From positions 5,692 through 49,161 of the forward strand of contig DCMX01000250.1 of NCBI GenBank assembly GCA_002321855.1: a DNA stretch of 43,470 bases, in the 5' to 3' direction. Under the pieces are notes generated by a model. The model was not told where the DNA came from. It saw nothing but the letters and a program-made list of their open reading frames with translations, and made no database searches. Source of the stretch: Fidelibacterota bacterium UBA1611 (GTDB lineage: Bacteria > Fidelibacterota > Marinisomatia > Marinisomatales > UBA1611). The position numbers and the translations under genes are program-made. Shown here one piece after another: positions 40,229 to 43,470 of the stretch (position 1 is its first letter; every line of letters begins with the position of its first letter).

Positions 40229-41986
40229 ATGTTTAAGCGAACACATACCTGTGGGGAACTCCGAAAATCCAACTTAGGGGAAGCAGTATCCTTAAATGGA
40301 TGGGTCAATACAGTTAGATTACACGGACAGGTTATCTTTGTGGATCTTCGCGATCGCTATGGAAAAACACAGATCGTATTTGATGCAGATTCCTTTTCAG
40401 GCAAATTCGGAGCAGTAAAAAAATTGTCCATGGAAGACGTGCTTTCTATTCAGGGAACCGTTAGAGATCGGGCTAAATCGGCTGCTAATTCGAGACTGGA
40501 AACAGGAGAGATAGAAGTACTTATTTCTGATTATACCATTCTTAACGAATCAGCACCTCTTCCCTTTGTATTAAATGACAGGGAAAATGCTGAAGAAACC
40601 CTTCGATTGAAATATCGATATCTTGAACTCAGAATGGAGGAACTTCAGCGCAACATTTTGACACGCCATAACACTTATCAGGTAACCCGGAAATTTTTAT
40701 CTGAACATGAGTTTGTTGAAGTGGAAACACCGGTTCTGATGAAATCCACTCCGGAAGGTGCACGGGATTACTTGGTGCCCAGCAGGATACATAATGGCAA
40801 ATTCTATGCACTGCCCCAGTCACCCCAGATTTATAAACAGATCCTGATGATTTCAGGATACGATCGCTACTTCCAGATCGTTAAATGTTTTCGGGATGAA
40901 GACCTTCGAGCAGATCGTCAACCGGAATTCACCCAGATCGATATTGAAATGTCATTTGTGGATGAAGATGATGTTTTTTTTCATATGGAGGGCCTAATCC
41001 GCCATATTTTCAAATCGGTAAGGAATATTGATCTTCCTGATCCTTTTCCCCGTTTGACATATAGGGAAGCTATGGAAACTTATGGGTCTGATAAACCTGA
41101 CCTTCGTTATGAGATGAAACTGCAGGATGTAAAAGAATTCACAGACTTGTCTGAATTCAACACCTTTAAATCTGCTGAAAAAGTGAAGGGACTCGTGGTT
41201 GAAGGTGGTGCAAAATATTCTAGGAAGATCATTGAAGAATTGATTGATCATGTAAAGAAATACAAGGCCAAAGGGCTGGCCTGGATGAAAAGTGAAGATG
41301 GGGCGCTTACCAGCGGCATCTCCAAGTTTTTCTCCGGTGAGTTACAGCAGTCTATGTGCGAAAAATTGGGTTTGCATAATGGGGATATTTTATTTATGAT
41401 TGGTGATAATCCATCTGTTACCCTGAGTGCTCTAGGGCATCTCCGGGTTGAAATAGCCAGGCGAGAAGCTCTGGCCAACACGAATGAATTCAACCCCCTT
41501 TGGGTAACAGAATTTCCCATGTTCGATTATGATGAAAAAGCAAAACGGTTCATTGCAATGCACCATCCTTTTACCGCACCGAGGGATGAAGACGTTGAAA
41601 CATTAGACTCAGATCCGTCCAATGCCTTAAGCCGTGGATATGATTTAACCATGAACGGCTGCGAAATTGCCGGCGGTTCGATTCGAATTCATTCACCAGC
41701 ATTACAGCGAAAGGTCTTTTCTTTACTTGGACTAAGCCATGGGGAAGCAGTAGAAAAATTTGGATTTTTAGTAGAAGCACTAACGTATGGTGCACCGCCC
41801 CATGGCGGTATTGCTTTTGGATTCGACAGATTAGTGATGTTGCTGGCAGGGACTGAAAATATTCGAGATGTGATTGCATTTCCGAAAACCACATCGGCAA
41901 CATCCATTATGGATGAAAGTCCAAATTCTGTAAGTGAAGCACAGTTGAACGAACTGGGAATTATAATAAAAGAAACTGAAGAATGA
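40229..41986 (+). CDS. aspS: aspartate--tRNA ligase
   Basis: Class II aaRS motifs (FRDEDLRADRQPEFTQID, GGSIRIH, GGIAFGFDRL) and an N-terminal OB fold. Confidence 0.97.
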   Translation: MFKRTHTCGELRKSNLGEAVSLNGWVNTVRLHGQVIFVDLRDRYGKTQIVFDADSFSGKFGAVKKLSMEDVLSIQGTVRDRAKSAANSRLETGEIEVLISDYTILNESAPLPFVLNDRENAEETLRLKYRYLELRMEELQRNILTRHNTYQVTRKFLSEHEFVEVETPVLMKSTPEGARDYLVPSRIHNGKFYALPQSPQIYKQILMISGYDRYFQIVKCFRDEDLRADRQPEFTQIDIEMSFVDEDDVFFHMEGLIRHIFKSVRNIDLPDPFPRLTYREAMETYGSDKPDLRYEMKLQDVKEFTDLSEFNTFKSAEKVKGLVVEGGAKYSRKIIEELIDHVKKYKAKGLAWMKSEDGALTSGISKFFSGELQQSMCEKLGLHNGDILFMIGDNPSVTLSALGHLRVEIARREALANTNEFNPLWVTEFPMFDYDEKAKRFIAMHHPFTAPRDEDVETLDSDPSNALSRGYDLTMNGCEIAGGSIRIHSPALQRKVFSLLGLSHGEAVEKFGFLVEALTYGAPPHGGIAFGFDRLVMLLAGTENIRDVIAFPKTTSATSIMDESPNSVSEAQLNELGIIIKETEE

Positions 41987-42198
41987 TTAATATTTAAAGT
42001 AGGATTTATTTTATTTGAACAAAATTATTCACTTTAAGGGGAATTATATAAATTCCGTTTGAATCGTTGGATTCGTCATATTTGTGAAGAAAGTAATTTT
42101 GTTCTATTTGATTAAAGAGATGAAATCCATGCCTTTTATAAATTAATGTGTTTCTGATGACAGGATAGAAAAAATCGCAATTATTAGAATGCAATTCT

Positions 42199-42906
42199 TC
42201 ATTTTATTTTTGATTTTACCAAAACTAAAAATGCGGAGGAGGAAAGCCCAACAGCACTGAAGATCATACACATCACCAGGATCTGGTACCGAACCGCAAT
42301 CAGTGGTGACACACCGGACAGGATTTGCCCGGTCATCATCCCTGGCAGGGAAACAAGTCCAACTGCAAACAGGGAATTGGTGATGGGGATTAGAGCCGCT
42401 CTCAAGGCGATGCCTCGAGCTTTGGAATAATCCACATCCCTATCCATCTCTGCCTTCAGGCGCTCGGCTGCCAGGCTGACGCCATTCATGGAACTGGCGA
42501 AAATCATCCCAGCTAGGGGAATCATATAGCGCGGCAAATACCAGGGGCTCAGATTAAGCACTACCTGTGTTACCAGAAATAGGGTAATACCTCCGCCAAT
42601 CAAGATGGCGATCAAAGCAAACTGATAAAATTTTATCCTGTTTTCCTGGATAGTGCGTAAGGCGATCCAACTGGCGGCAAAAACCATCACTGATAAAACT
42701 ACAATTGTGATAGATGCACTGTTGGATTCAAAAATATAGGTAAGGAAGTATCCGATCAACAACAATTGGATTAGCATCCGGACAACAGCGTAAATTGTAT
42801 TCTGCCAGTTCAAGGACCATGCGTGCAGGATGCCGATAACCACTGCGACCGGTATGAAGACCAGCAACAAAGTGGTAAAAGGTATTATAGTTACAGATTC
42901 GTTCAT
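42199..42906 (-). CDS. UPF0014-family ABC-type permease (FetB/YbbM-like)
   Basis: Motifs IQLLLIGYFLTYIF and VGLVSLPGMMTGQI match remembered E. coli YbbM. Confidence 0.8.
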   Translation of the reverse strand: MNESVTIIPFTTLLLVFIPVAVVIGILHAWSLNWQNTIYAVVRMLIQLLLIGYFLTYIFESNSASITIVVLSVMVFAASWIALRTIQENRIKFYQFALIAILIGGGITLFLVTQVVLNLSPWYLPRYMIPLAGMIFASSMNGVSLAAERLKAEMDRDVDYSKARGIALRAALIPITNSLFAVGLVSLPGMMTGQILSGVSPLIAVRYQILVMCMIFSAVGLSSSAFLVLVKSKIK

Positions 42907-42981
42907 GACAGGTTAATTTGCTAGAATTTTATATAATATTACTCTGAAGTGATATGTATTTATTATTATTGCTAACTCCAA

Positions 42982-43082
42982 GTTCACCAGCACCTAAAGC
43001 GGAGCTGCTTTTTGTGCTAAAATGGAGCTCTACGACATGCACAAAAAGATGCGGAGCTTTAGGTGTCTGAGTGGAACTTTTT
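42982..43082. other. roughly 100-nt long imperfect inverted repeat ending in T5 on the + strand
   Basis: Two perfect 10-bp stems were checked by hand: CACCTAAAGC/GCTTTAGGTG and CTTTTTGTGC/GCACAAAAAG. Outer pairing is GTTCAC.CAG with CTG.GTGGAAC. Three GGAGC motifs lie in the loops. Confidence 0.6.
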
Positions 43083-43083
43083 G

Positions 43084-43470
43084 TTATAGGTTTTTTCCAA
43101 CAAATGCACCCATACTCAAACGATCTTCCACAGAAAAACCAAGAGATAGATAGAATGAAGAAACTTCTTCATTAGTGGAGCGTATTTGTAGATTAATTTT
43201 AACACAACCAATTTCTGATAGCTCTTTTATTGTGTATTTGACCAGCTTTGATCCAACACCCTTTCTTCGTGACCAAGTCGACACAGCAACGGAATATAGC
43301 CAACCCCTATGCCCGTCATAACCAGCCATACACGCACCAATAAGCTCACCGTTTTCTATTACTACAAAGATAAGATCATCAATTTCTAATTTGGACTTAA
43401 TAACAGATGACGGTTCGTTGTGCGGAGGATCGTTTGGAAAGACCTCTTTCCATAGGTTAATCAGGCTATT
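43084..43470 (-). CDS. GNAT-family N-acetyltransferase (YpeA-like), 5' end outside the window
   Basis: The reading frame stays open to position 43470. Motifs include AGYDGHRGWLYSVAV and RRKGVGSKLV (acetyl-CoA motif A). Confidence 0.85.
   Translation of the reverse strand, partial: NSLINLWKEVFPNDPPHNEPSSVIKSKLEIDDLIFVVIENGELIGACMAGYDGHRGWLYSVAVSTWSRRKGVGSKLVKYTIKELSEIGCVKINLQIRSTNEEVSSFYLSLGFSVEDRLSMGAFVGKNL

Noticed and set aside
42006-42194. 62-aa ORF downstream of the fetB-like gene.
   Set aside because: It has a TTG start, lies in a very AT-rich convergent intergenic region, has a low-complexity composition and contains no motif. It is probably spurious.

Overview
The window reads as a mostly housekeeping chromosomal segment of a Gram-negative bacterium. 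I tentatively place it in the FCB-type marine lineages. That rests on a T9SS-like C-terminal sorting domain, a dockerin-like module, an Omp85 protein and a long atpB N-terminus, and it is inference only. About 50 genes are supportable. They include a complete F1Fo ATP synthase operon (atpZ/I-like, atpBEFHAGDC) placed directly behind parA-parB, an M23 peptidase and a bactofilin. Others are secDF, tdh-kbl, aspS, ogt, eda, an iorAB-like molybdoenzyme, an FKBP isomerase, an MsrB fusion followed by a cold-shock gene, a DUF1800/DUF1501 pair, an Omp85-family protein and one tRNA-Arg(TCT). I saw no CRISPR array, transposase, integrase, phage genes or recognisable defence genes, and no convincing novel multi-gene system. 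The observations most worth follow-up are: (1) a strongly signalled 75-aa internally duplicated protein gene with a palindromic operator-like site; (2) a membrane-anchored fusion of MsrB to an uncharacterised CxxC domain; (3) a Tat-signal DUF1800/DUF1501 pair in which DUF1501 carries a T9SS-type C-terminal domain, preceded by a Cys-rich lipoprotein; (4) a lipoprotein amidase inactivated by three in-frame stops and a frameshift; (5) a roughly 100-nt near-perfect long hairpin carrying three GGAGC motifs; and (6) a secreted protein gene overlapping a single-POTRA Omp85 gene. All product calls come from motif recognition in the supplied translations. No database search was possible.
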